Of a DNA stretch of 64,000 bases, positions 13,701-23,997 are shown in pieces. Origin of the DNA: Azolla caroliniana (taxonomy: Eukaryota > Plantae > Polypodiophyta). Position 1 is the stretch's first letter. The number at the start of each line of letters is the position of its first letter. Below the pieces are notes generated by a model. That model searched no databases, had not been told where the DNA came from, and saw only the letters and a list, made by a program, of their open reading frames with translations. Position numbers and translations under genes: made by a program. The stretch covers positions 16,802,001 through 16,866,000 of the forward strand of contig JBHGNT010000006.1 of NCBI GenBank assembly GCA_043228905.1, given 5' to 3'.

Positions 13701-14824
13701 GCCTTTACGGACTGAAGCAGGCTCCTCGGCAATGGTACCGGAAGTTCGACTCCTTCATGACCGACGAAGGGTACCACAAAACGCAGTCCGATCACTGCGT
13801 GTTTGTGAAGAAGTTCGAAGGAGGAGACTTTCTAATACTCCTCCTGTACGTGGACGACATGTTGATCGTCGGACGGGACCAGGTCAAGATACAGATGCTG
13901 AAGAAAGCGCTTCACCGAACCTTCTCAATGAAGGACCTGGGTCCGGCGAGGCAAATACTAGGGATGCACATCATCCGGGACCGGAAGAAGAAGCAGTTGT
14001 GGCTGTCACAGGAGAAGTACGTGACAAAGGTGCTTCACCGGTTCAACATGTCGGAAGCAAGACCGGTCGGGTCAACCCTCCCGGCAAACTGCAAGTTGTC
14101 CAGCAAGCAAAGCCCCAAGACAAAGGCTGAGAAGGAGGACATGATGAAAGTACCATATGCCTCTGCCGTCGGAAGCTTGATGTACGCAATGGTGTGTACA
14201 AGACCGGACATAGGATATGCAGTCGGAGTGGTGAGCCGGTATATGAGTAATCCCGTTAAGGAGCACTAGAACGCGGTCAAATGGATACTCCGATACTTAA
14301 AGGGCACTTCGAACATGTGCCTCCGATTCGGCTCCGGTAAACCCGAACTCGATGGATTTACCGATTCGGATATGTCGGCTGATGCGGATACCAGCCGGTC
14401 TACATCTGGGTATGTAATGACATATGCAGGGGGAGCCGTTTCGTGGCAGTCGAGGTTGCAGAAGACGGTTGCGTTGTCAACCACGGAGGCGGAGTACATG
14501 GCGGCTGTTGAAGCCGGCAAGGAAATAATATGGATGAAGGACTTCATTAAAGAGCTCGGTATCCGGCAGGAGGAGTACCGACTCTACTGCGACAATCAGA
14601 GTGCCATCCACCTTGCGAAGAATGCGGCCTATCACTCCCGGATGAAGCACATCCAGCGTAGATACCACTGGATCCGGGAAAGGATAGAAGACAAGGAGTT
14701 CGTGCTGACAAAGATCCACACGGACGAGAACAGGTCGGATATGCTGACCAAGGTACTTACACCCGACAAGCTGGAAGCATGCCGGAAGAGGATCGGATTG
14801 GAGAGACATCCCATGCCGAAGTGA
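10776..14824 (+). pseudogene. gag-pol: Copia B gag-pol with stops (11340, 14267) and a frameshift near 12010-12030
   Basis: CFHCGKPGHFRKNC knuckle, WVVDSGASFH protease, LWHKRLCH and HTDVC integrase, LYVDDML RT, FTDSD and CDNQSA RNase H across four ORFs. Confidence 0.95.
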
Positions 14825-15646
14825 AGGGGGAGTTTGTTGGGATTTTCGGTCCCTCCGGATGGGATGTCCGGAGATAAATGACGGCAAGCCTGGTTGCGGT
14901 TACGGAGCCGGATGACGAAGACCCGGCTACGGAGCCGGATGATGAAGACCCCGGCTACGGAGCCGGATGACGAAGAGAAGACCCCGGCTACGGAGCCGGA
15001 TGACGAAGACCCGGCTACGGAGCCGGATGATGAAGACCCCGGCTACGGAGCCGGATGACGAAGACCCCGGCTACGGAGCCGGATGACGAAGACCCCGGCT
15101 ACGGAGCCGGATGATGAATGTACCCGGAGAGAGATCCGGATGCGGGGACATATTTGTGAATATGTTTGCCAAGGGCCCTTGAGGCTATATTTGTAAATAG
15201 CCCGAAAGTCATATGTGTATAAATATGACTTAGGGCAAACAGTTTAGTGACTGTTGCTCATTTTCTGTTTTCCACTTAGAGAGAGTGAAGAGAGCAGCCG
15301 AGAGAGAGAGAGAGAGAGAAAGACGAAGAGGTCGTTGCCTCTGTGTATTACCGCCGCCTGTGGCGAAGACAGTGAGCTCAAGGTTGTTGCCTTGTGGCTT
15401 CACCATTGTACATCTCTGTTCATAGTGATAGTTGGAGTTTGAGGACTTCTGTGGTTTTTCCTATTTAGGGTTTTCCACGTAAAACATCCTGTGTATTTTT
15501 CTCTCTATTGTCTTCGTGCATTTTTTTTTGTATTTCCCGTTTTTTCTGTGAATCGATCCTACTACTTGGTGGCGGCCGAGCACTGTTGTTCAACACAAAA
15601 AACATCAAAACAACAAAAAAATTGTTAGTAAAAGCTCTGATACCAC

Positions 15647-16120
15647 TGTTAAGAGTCTATTACTAATCAATAGACCAAATCAAGTAAAAAGGAAGAAAAT
15701 AGATTGGATAGAAGAACCCGTTCCACCCGACCACGCCCGAGTTATGATCTAGACATAGCCAACCTACCACCGACGTCCCATACCGCCGGATATTAGGATG
15801 ACTAATACCTTGGAAGAGATAAACACGATCGTCGAGACGAAAGCCTAGCCCGCACCACCGGTGTCTACGACAGCAGCCTTCCGACGTGATGATCCCTATG
15901 AGGGTAGCTAAGCCTCATATTTATACCTTTTCCTAGGCCCCTTGAATAGATGTGCCTTTCTAAAAGGCTCTCTATTCATTGGTTGTCTAAATCATGATAG
16001 TGCATGCACATATCATTCATTCTATCCAATCATTAGTCCCCTTTTTAATAATAGTGAACATACCCTGCACTAATGTAAATATTAGTGACCTACCCTCACC
16101 AACGTTATGTGTACATAACA
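15647..16120 (-). repeat. G1 5' LTR (474 bp)
   Basis: Direct repeat of 2842-3315; PBS complement GCTCTGATACCA at 15634-15645; TSD follows. Confidence 0.95.
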
Positions 16121-16935
16121 ACTTTGTTCATGAGCGGGTCCTGAGCGGTGAAGTTGAACTTCAGTATGTTCACACGGATCGGCAGGTCGCCGACATCTTC
16201 ACCAAGCTGCTCGGATCGGACCAGTTAAGGCATTTTTCGGAGATGCTCGGCATTCAACATCTCGATGTGCTGCACTTGAGGGGGAGAACAGGAACGGGAA
16301 CAAATGGCACCGGACAAGGAGCCGAAGAGGAAGAAAGAATCAAGGGGGGAGATCAGCAGATAAAGGAAGTCGAGCCGACCGAAGGAGTTAGCACATCCAA
16401 ACAAGTCGGAGCAAACGGCAGCGGCGGCAGAGTCAAGAAGGACAAAGCCGACTGGAAGAAGAAGGCCAAGACCCAGATGTGGTCTGATGTGGTGAAGGGC
16501 CTGAAAACCAAAGACAAGTTGGAGAACACCAACTCGAACAAGAGCCGAAACGAATCGGAAGCGATCGATTTGGATAAAAGCTGGAACGAATCGGAGACAC
16601 TCGATTCGGTTCAACAGTTGGATTCGGAAGAGCCGGATCAACTAAAGCCTATGTAGACTAAGAGGTAGCGGAAGTCGACGCCAACACAAAGGAACCGACG
16701 GGTCGACAAGCGCCGGAGGCGCGACAACAAAGGAGTTTACATGGGCCTGCTAAGCAGACAAGCCAACCAAGGAGGTCGAGGTGTGCGGAACCAGACGGAT
16801 TGCAGGAAGCGGAACCAGACCAGACAAGGTGTGCGAGCAAGGCGAGCGAGTGAGAGGAGACGGAGAGGAGAACCGGCTACTATAGAAATTGACACCACAA
16901 TCCGACCTCAAGTTGAGCTTGAGGGGGAGTGTTGA
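16121..16935 (+). pseudogene. Copia A RNase H end plus acidic/Arg-rich C-terminal extension
   Basis: QVADIFTK motif, then an extension in one frame to PQVELEGEC, broken by two TAG codons (16654 and 16666). Homologous to the copia F extension. Confidence 0.8.
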
Positions 16936-17334
16936 GTGAGCAAGCTCAACCGGATCTGAGAACCAGATCGGTGTCCAGATGATATCCGGAACCAGAAGCC
17001 ATATTGGAATGAGGCCATTAGAGAGGCCTACAGATTGAGCCTAGTACGTAGGCATATTTTTGGGAGTCAGTGACAATCGCTCGTATGAGCATTGAAGTAC
17101 CTCCTAGTACTTCTGTCAGTCTTTTATGGACTTGTATAAAAGTGCTCTCTGAGCACATTCTATGTACACAGAATATTGAGAGTATTATTTTGAATAGAGT
17201 TTTATGTTCTGCTCTCTCTGTCTCTCTTTGTCTCTCTCTCGTACGCATACTCTGTTTGTGTTGAGTTTTCCTTTCATCTTTTGTTGTTATCCGGCTCAGC
17301 CGATTTGTCAAATGCTTCCACGCGTTTACTTTCA
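16930..17334 (+). repeat. 3' LTR of copia A
   Basis: Starts TGTTGAGTGAGCAAGCTCAACC right after the PPT, resembling the copia F LTR start. Probable end ...TTTACTTTCA; the right boundary is inferred. Confidence 0.75.
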
Positions 17335-19870
17335 CTCTACCTTCACTCCTATGGGTGGAGTCGGTTAGCCCTGTCCTCTGTCAACAAACTCTGAGTCTGT
17401 CCATTAGTAGGTTCTTTGTGAGCATGTCTGATCCATTGTTGTTAGTATGAATGTTCACAAGCGTAAACTCTCCTTCTTCCACTTTCTCCCGCAACCAGTG
17501 ATACCTCCTCATATATATTTTGTCCGGGAGTGGTACGCAACATTCTTGGCGAGATGTATGGCACTCTAGCTATCACAATGAAGCAAGAACTTCCTTTGCT
17601 TAATTCCCAACTTACTGAGAAAATTTCTCATCCAAATCAACTCTTTGTCGGCCTCTATCGCAGCCATATACTCTACCTTTATGGTCGATAAGGCCACAGA
17701 CTTTTGCAGTCATGACTACTGTGAAAGTGTTTTTAGAATCTAAGCCATTGAACATTAGAAGAATATAAAGTATGGATAATTCACATTTGGAGGCTAAGAA
17801 CACGAACCAAGACCTTAGGAAGAAGTCAAAAGTAAAAGTAAGAGACCAAGAGAAAAGTAAAAATAGAAAAAGCGGACCATAAAAATCAGTAAAAAAGAAA
17901 TGGTCATAACTCCTTCGTTTTTCACCCAACTATTATGTTTAAATATGGGTTAGAAAGCTTGTAAAGAGAGTTATCTATATGATGACTGGAGCTCTGATGA
18001 GGGAGATATGACGATTAGAAGGTCGATGGGTATTAGCTAAAAATAGGAGATAAAAAGCTTCTAAAAATAGCGTGAACGAGGAGGAAGAAGAAAATTATAA
18101 TAGAGAAGGGGTCCTAATAGAAGGGGAGGATTCTTAGGAAGAAGTATCTTAGTGGAAGAAGATGGTTTTTAGGAGGTGGGTTTGAGTGATGGGTAGTAAG
18201 AAGGTCTTTGGTTTTTAAGTTCATTGTGGGGTTTATCCTCTTTGTATTGACTTGAAGTGGAATATTATAACATTCTTATCTCTTTCTCATCTTCCCTACC
18301 TTTTATCTTAATTTCTTGAGTTTTCCTCTCTAAATCGTAGTTACCTAGATTTATATAATTTATTATAATTCACAACTCCATCTAATCGGTTTGATCAAGC
18401 CCTCATATTGTGTACGAGTATCATCTGTCTTTTACACCCTATCAACTGCCATGACATTACTCCCCATGCATAGGTCATCACATATCCTGATATGGACCAA
18501 CTTGAGTCTATGTCCCCCGACATGTTCGAGTCGGTAAAACCTTCGAGCATAGGTTCTCCGATACCATACCTTAGGCATACCCTCGAGGTGCCTTTCAAGT
18601 ACCTGAGTATCCACTTCACCATTGCCTAGTGTTCTCTGCCTGGATTACTCATGTATCGGCTTATTGTACCCACAACAAATGTTATGTTTGGTCTCATATA
18701 GACTATAACATACATTAAACTACAAACTGCCAAGGCATACGGTACTTTCCTCATCTCAGAGTTTTCTTTCTCCCCTCTAGGGAAATGCTTTGCATTCACC
18801 TTGCAGTTGGTCGGCAACACTGAGCCAACTGGCTTTGCTTCCGACATGTTGAATCTTTCTAGGATCTTTGTCACATACTTCTCTTGTGACAACCATAGTA
18901 GTTTCTTAGTTCTATCTCAAATTATGTGCATCCCTACGATTTGTTTGGCCAGTCCAAGATCTTTCATGGAAACGACTTTCCTAGAGCTTTCTTTAAGCTC
19001 ACGATCCTCTTCATGTCTTGTCTGACGATCAACATGTCATCCACATATAACAAGAGAATCAATAAGTCACCTTCATCATACCTTTTGACAAACACACAGT
19101 GATCAGCCGATGTTTTGTGGAACCCATGTTCCAGCATGAAGGATTCGAACTTCTTATACCATTGACGTGGAACTTATTTCAGACCATACATGCTCTTCTT
19201 CAATCGACACACCAAGTTCTCTTTACCTTTCTCTACAACGTCTTTTGGCTACTGCATATAGATCTCTTCATATCTAGCTCCCCATGCAAGAATGTTGTCT
19301 TGACATCCAACTGTTCGATCTCCAAGTCCATACTGGCAACAATACTCATAATAGTTCTAATTGAAGTCATTCTTACGACTGGTACGAATATCTCGTCGAA
19401 GTCGACACCCTTTTCATGTTGAAACCCCTTCACCACAATGTGGGCCTTATATCTGGGTATGCTATCGACTTCTCTAATCTTCACCTTGTAGACCCCTTTA
19501 TTTCTACGTGCTCTCTTACCTTTTGGTAGCTCCACCAAGTCGTAAGTATAATTTTTGTGCAAGGAGTCCATCTTGTTTTGCATTGCACTCAACCATTTTT
19601 CCTTGTGCTCATCGGCAATGGCTTCATCATAACAATCAGGTTCACCTTCATCAGTCAAGAGGATGTATTGACTGGCATATGTCGTCAGTGCTCTCCTTTC
19701 TCTAAGTGGGTATCTCCTTCTAGCCATTGTCAGCTCTGGTTTGGATGTCTCTGCCAACTATTCTCTCGGCTCGGCTTTATACATGTTGCTCAATTACTCA
19801 GGGTCAACAGACTCCAACTCGTTTTCTTCGATCAACTTCAATAGGTTTTCCAACTCCGACTCATACCTCA
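17335..19870 (-). pseudogene. pol: Old copia element C (related to B), RT-RNase H remnant interrupted by a solo LTR
   Basis: ORFs 19233-19757, 18626-18892 and 18395-18622 align with copia B RT/RNase H (RRYPLRERR, SQEKYVTKILERFNM, KWILRYLKGT). A decayed PPT complement at 17335 abuts the copia A LTR. Confidence 0.85.
17720..18444 (+). mobile_element. Old solo LTR (725 bp) inserted in copia C RNase H
   Basis: TGTGAAAG...CCCTATCA flanked by ACTAC/ACTGC (5-bp TSD, 1 mismatch). The copia C frame SWQS..LQKSVALST rejoins across it. Confidence 0.75.
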
Positions 19871-19899
19871 TTTCTTCCACAACGTTGCTTTTTGCTTCA

Positions 19900-20290
19900 T
19901 GTCTCTCGCCCTAAACATGCCATCAAAAGCAATATTTGTTCGAGTTCGTGGAGTCCACCCTGTCCATTAAATCCGTCTTCGTCATTTGGGATGTCATCAA
20001 CCCCATATTCTTCAAGTAAACTTCATTCAAAAGATGACCATTCCAGATTCACATCTTCTAGCTATAGGATCCGGGAGTAAAGGCTTGAAGTTACAATCCT
20101 CGCAAAGCTTACCACTTTTCTCGCCATGGGGACACCATTTTTCCGCATTTTCGCCTTGTAAGCTTCAAGGTATCACGTCACATCTTTCCCATCAAATGGA
20201 GATTGGCCTAGGAGGATTTCCGTGAGTTCCTTCCGCTTGAGCGGATGACATCGGATCGTTATTATGAGTCATTGAATGATAACTTCTGGC
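19900..20290 (-). pseudogene. gag: Degenerate Phygy/Selgy-like gag fragment
   Basis: Manual minus-strand translation gives PFDGKDVT*YLEAYKAKMRKNGVP...EWSSFE*SLLEEYGVDD, which aligns with RFDGKDATKYLASYGAEML...TWEEFEGRLLEKYGLDD of ORF 59142-61295. Confidence 0.8.
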
Positions 20291-20434
20291 AAAGAAATAG
20301 GATAAGCTTAGACAAATAGTCATAACATCATGTCGTGATGTAAACATATCATGGGCCAACATTAATCAATATCATGATCTCATGTCAATACCCCTGTAGA
20401 CGTATGAGATGAGGTTCAAGATCGGGTTACTATG

Positions 20435-21127
20435 TGATGAAGAGATAGAGAAAAATGATAGAGAAGAGAGGAGGAGGAAAAAAGAATGCTTCAATATACT
20501 AATAAGAAAGGAATACAATACTCTTATACTCTAAGAGTAACAAAAACCAAAATAACTACTTAAATATAATATTAGACAAAAAAGTCCTACCTTCTTCACC
20601 CTTTCTTCTACTAAGCTTCTTATAACCCTCTTTTTCTTTCTCCATTCTTCTTGTAGATAATCTATCCTCCCCCCTATTGGTAAGAATACCCTCATATTTA
20701 TAGGTTTCTAGTTGCGTTATTCTTGCTTTTTTCTTTTCTTTTCTTTTACATATGCTCAAGTTTATGTGATGCATTTTTCATATCATTATTTCTATTTTAT
20801 GTTTCTAAATTTATCATAAAGAAAGCTCTTTTTGTTAGCTTTCTTATGAATCATTTTTTTTTAAATTTGGATAAGAGATGCAGAAGTTATGAGCTTTTTT
20901 CTCTGCCCTGCTTTCTCTGCCTTATTATGCGTTTTTTTCCTTCTATCTTTTCTCTTGCTTTTTCTACTTTTGGAAAACGCCTCTAACTTCATATCCCTTC
21001 AATTTTCTTCTTCTCTTAACTCTTGAGCCTTTCACATTGTTCTTTATTCTCATAGAGCTTAGTATTTGATGTATTTGCCATGGTCTTTTCTTACAGCAAA
21101 AATTGACTTCACATTTAGCCCCCCTCC
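20435..21127 (-). repeat. Probable 3' LTR plus PPT of an old truncated element
   Basis: TGATGAAG...CTTCACA (20435-21113) followed by the PPT complement TTTAGCCCCCCTCC. Shares a TCATAACT...AGAAAGCT...AAGAG motif with solo LTR 17720-18444. Confidence 0.5.
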
Positions 21128-21353
21128 TTGCTTCTTGGTGAACCCCAAGCTACTAATAAAACCAAAAATTCTCCTTCGCCTTATTCATGGCTATAGACAA
21201 AGAAGGAGAGAATAAATAAAACAAATTATGTGAGTAAAACCCCCGCTAGTCGGTAGGAAAAATCTCACACTCCTAGACACACACCAACACACACATTGAC
21301 AATTGCAATCACCATCTTTCTCCTTGTCAACACAAAGAAAGAGGTTACCACAA

Positions 21354-21539
21354 TTACTCTGTCTTTGTCAACTCCCCAAACACAAGTAGGGTTATGTGAT
21401 ACATAGCGCTTGAGAGAAGTAAGCATGTCAACATATGAATAAACCTTTTGAGCGAGCGAACCTTTTGCACAAACACCTTCAAAGCTTTGAGACTTGTCGG
21501 AGTTGTCACCTTTTGAATTACTTTGATCTTTGATTCCAC
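21354..21539 (-). pseudogene. Small gypsy-like RT-connection remnant
   Basis: ESKIKVIQKVTTPTSLKALKVF resembles the KV.AI...P.S..EVR.FLG region of gypsy RT; heavily decayed. Confidence 0.4.
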
Positions 21540-21541
21540 GT

Positions 21542-22045
21542 TGTCGTGGACAAAACCGTCCCTAGGAGAAATCGGTGGATGATATGCGTGAACCGGCCCT
21601 TACACACGGGCACATGTTTTGATAGATTTATATACATAGTTAAGTATAGACCGGAGATGTAACTATCCTAGGTAGCACTAGTTCATTAAGTAGGGAATCG
21701 GGGAGAATAACAGGAATTTAACGGTCTATAAACGACTCTCTCCTTGAGCTATAAAGGGAGAGGGAAGGGGCTTCAGTAGGCATCGCATTCTGAGAGGAAG
21801 AAGTGCTATCGGACTAGGAACCGAGCTCTCTCCTCCACCACCGTTGTCGCTTCTGTAGGGATTTGGGTTACGTTGGCAGCTTCTGCTGTGTGAAAGCCCG
21901 CGTGCTTCCGGTAGAGGCTCCACCACGTATTTCAGGGCATGCATTCGTCTGTGTCTAGTTTATCACTGCCTTGCCAATTGTAACTTTGCAAGTTGTAATC
22001 TAAACTGTTATTGGATTCGAATATTTCATTTTCTGTCTCTTGAAG
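21542..22045 (+). repeat. Truncated LTR related to element P
   Basis: Starts TGTCGTGGACAAAACCGTCCCTAGGAGAAATCGG versus the P LTR start (minus strand) TGTCGTGAAGAAAACCGCCCACAAGAGGAATCGG. Contains TATAAAGGG; preceded by ACGT. Confidence 0.65.
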
Positions 22046-22369
22046 GGCCTCCGTGGTTGATAGGGCCGTACACTCTTGAAGTTTCGAACTCCATGATATA
22101 GCACCACCACCATAGGTGAAGATATAGCCACATGGTGACTTTTGATTGTCCGTATTTCCAGCATAGTCGGAGTCAATGTAGCCTTCGACTTCGGCTGAGA
22201 TTGTCAAACCGAAAGTCAATCGTGTACCTTCGGTCCCTCTCAAGTACTTGAAGATGTGCTTGACGGTCTCCCAATGCTTCCATCCTGGGTTTGACATGTA
22301 CCGACACGGCATGTCATGATAACAGTCACATCATGCATCGAAAGGATCATGACACTCACATTATGACTC

Positions 22370-22430
22370 GAAAGGATTTGAACCCACGACCTTGTTGTAC
22401 ACATGTCAAATCGTTAACCATTGTATTAAT
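22370..22430 (-). ncRNA. tRNA-derived Pol III A/B-box module in the T1 LTR (antisense)
   Basis: Minus strand reads TAATACAATGGTTAA...AAGGTCGTGGGTTCAAATCC; A-like and B box starts are 44 nt apart. Confidence 0.6.
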
Positions 22431-22449
22431 ATTCTTATATGTATAGTCT

Positions 22450-22635
22450 CTAGAATATGAAATCTAATATCATAGGAATATTCTATATTACTCTACATTC
22501 TAGAATGACCTAGAATATTCTAGAGTGTTCTATACCACTAGAACCTTCTAGAATACTCTAGAGATCTTCTAGATTACTCTACATTCTCTAGGATAACCTA
22601 GAATATTCTAGAGAGTTCTCTATTACTTATAAATA
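22450..22635 (+). promoter_or_regulatory. Heat-shock element (nGAAn) array and TATA box in the T1 LTR
   Basis: aGAAccTTCtaGAAt (22540-22554), aGAAtaTTCtaGAgtgTTCt (22512-22531) and aGAAtaTTCtaGAgagTTCt (22600-22619), upstream of TATAAATA at 22628. Confidence 0.75.
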
Positions 22636-22872
22636 GGGATCTACCACCCATCCCAAACCTAAATTGGTTCAACGCCATTTTGTAGCCTACTCTTTGTAAT
22701 CCATTTTACGCTTCAATATAATAATTCTCTTTCAATTATCCCTCTATCTCTTTTTCTCTCTCTTTCTCTCTCTCAGTCTTGACAGTTTGAACCAATTTTT
22801 TTCCTTTCATCTCTTCGTCTTCCACAAACCCTAACAAGTTCTCTTCTTCCTTCTCCTCTCCCCTCATAAGCT

Positions 22873-23997
22873 ATGGAGTCCGTGAGCAAACAAGAATACA
22901 TGCGTGTTCTTTCTGAGCTCGACATGCTCACGAATAAATTTGTGGCATTAGAGCATGAGAATCAAAGGCTACTTGGAGATCTACAGCACGTGAGCGCCGA
23001 AAAAGCTCAACAATATGAAGAGTTATCACAGCGGGTTCATCAACTTGAGGCGACTATATTGTCATTACGAGAGCAAGCGTCGGGGGCTCAGAACTCCCCT
23101 AGAGAGCCAAAGATCAGCCTCCTTGCCAAGTTTGATGGTACGAGGTCTTTATTTCGAGGCTTTTTGAATCAAGTTCGTTTAGTTATTCAGCTACATCCCA
23201 ATCGGTATCCAACTGATGCTGCTCGTGTGGGATTAGTGGGAACTTTGCTATGCGGTACGGCGTTAGCATGGTTCGCACCACTTCTCGAGAAGAAATCACC
23301 ATTGCTGGAGGATTTCGAGGCCTTTGTTAAAGAGTTTCAAGCTAGTTTCGGAGACACCGACAGCACTAGGACAGCGATAAACAAGATTCGAAGGCTCCGA
23401 CAAGGAGATCGTCCCGCGTCGTCTTATGCAGCCGATTTCCGTCTCTTGGCATGCGATATCCCTTGGGATGAGGCAGCTTTAATGGATCAATTCCGTCAAG
23501 GTTTGAGAAATGATGTCAAAGATCTTCTTCTTACTTTCCCTGAAGATCCGAAGTCACTTACAGAAGCCATTAGTCGAGCTGTGCGATGTGATAATCGCCT
23601 ATTTGAGCGACGTTTTGAGCGCCAACAAATGTTACGCCGCCAACCTGAACAGACTTACGCTTCCGTAGTCGCAACGCCTCCACAAGTTTCTAGACCCATT
23701 ACAAGGGATGGCCCAACTCCGATGGAAATAGAGTCAACACAACGTTGTGGGCCGTTATCAGATGCTGAGAAGCAACGACGTCGAGCGCATCGCCTCTGCC
23801 TGTATTGTGGTGGTCCAGGACATATAGCTGTAAATTGTCCACATAAACCTAGGCGTCAAGTATACCAAGTAAGTGCCCATGAAAACCCTACATCGAGTTC
23901 TATTGTTACTTCTAATAACATAAATAAGCCTCATAGTCCATGTCATGAGAATAGATTCGATGTCTTGAGTCAATTAGAGGATGTGTTAAACGAGTAA
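22873..23997 (+). CDS. gag: T1 Gag (coiled coil, capsid, zinc knuckle)
   Basis: KFDGTRSLFRGFL, LRQG, PTPMEI and CLYCGGPGHIAVNC motifs; intact 374-aa ORF. Confidence 0.93.
   Translation: MESVSKQEYMRVLSELDMLTNKFVALEHENQRLLGDLQHVSAEKAQQYEELSQRVHQLEATILSLREQASGAQNSPREPKISLLAKFDGTRSLFRGFLNQVRLVIQLHPNRYPTDAARVGLVGTLLCGTALAWFAPLLEKKSPLLEDFEAFVKEFQASFGDTDSTRTAINKIRRLRQGDRPASSYAADFRLLACDIPWDEAALMDQFRQGLRNDVKDLLLTFPEDPKSLTEAISRAVRCDNRLFERRFERQQMLRRQPEQTYASVVATPPQVSRPITRDGPTPMEIESTQRCGPLSDAEKQRRRAHRLCLYCGGPGHIAVNCPHKPRRQVYQVSAHENPTSSSIVTSNNINKPHSPCHENRFDVLSQLEDVLNE

Larger units (their letters stand above)
10008..15595 (+). mobile_element. Ty1/copia element B (Tnt1/Tork-like by resemblance), full length but disrupted
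   Basis: TSD CAAAA at 10003-10007 and 15596-15600. LTRs 10008-10744 and 14835-15595. PBS TGGTATCAGAGC at 10748-10759. PPT GAAGGGGGAG at 14823-14832. Confidence 0.97.
2842..16120 (-). mobile_element. Ty3/gypsy chromovirus G1 with three LTR copies
   Basis: TSD ACTTT at 2837-2841 and 16121-16125. 474-bp TG..CA LTRs at 2842-3315 and 15647-16120, plus a partial copy at 9399-9834. tRNA-iMet PBS at 9386-9397 and 15634-15645. PPT next to 3316. Domain order gag-PR-RT-RH-INT-chromo. Confidence 0.96.
1..17334 (+). mobile_element. Ty1/copia element A, degenerate, 5' part outside the window, interrupted by G1 at 2842-16120
   Basis: Integrase, RT (LYVDDL) and RNase H fragments at 1-2841. The RNase H motif IEVHYH|FVHERVLSGEV rejoins across the G1 insertion at 2841/16126. 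PPT at 16918-16929, then the 3' LTR. Colinear with copia F. Confidence 0.92.
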
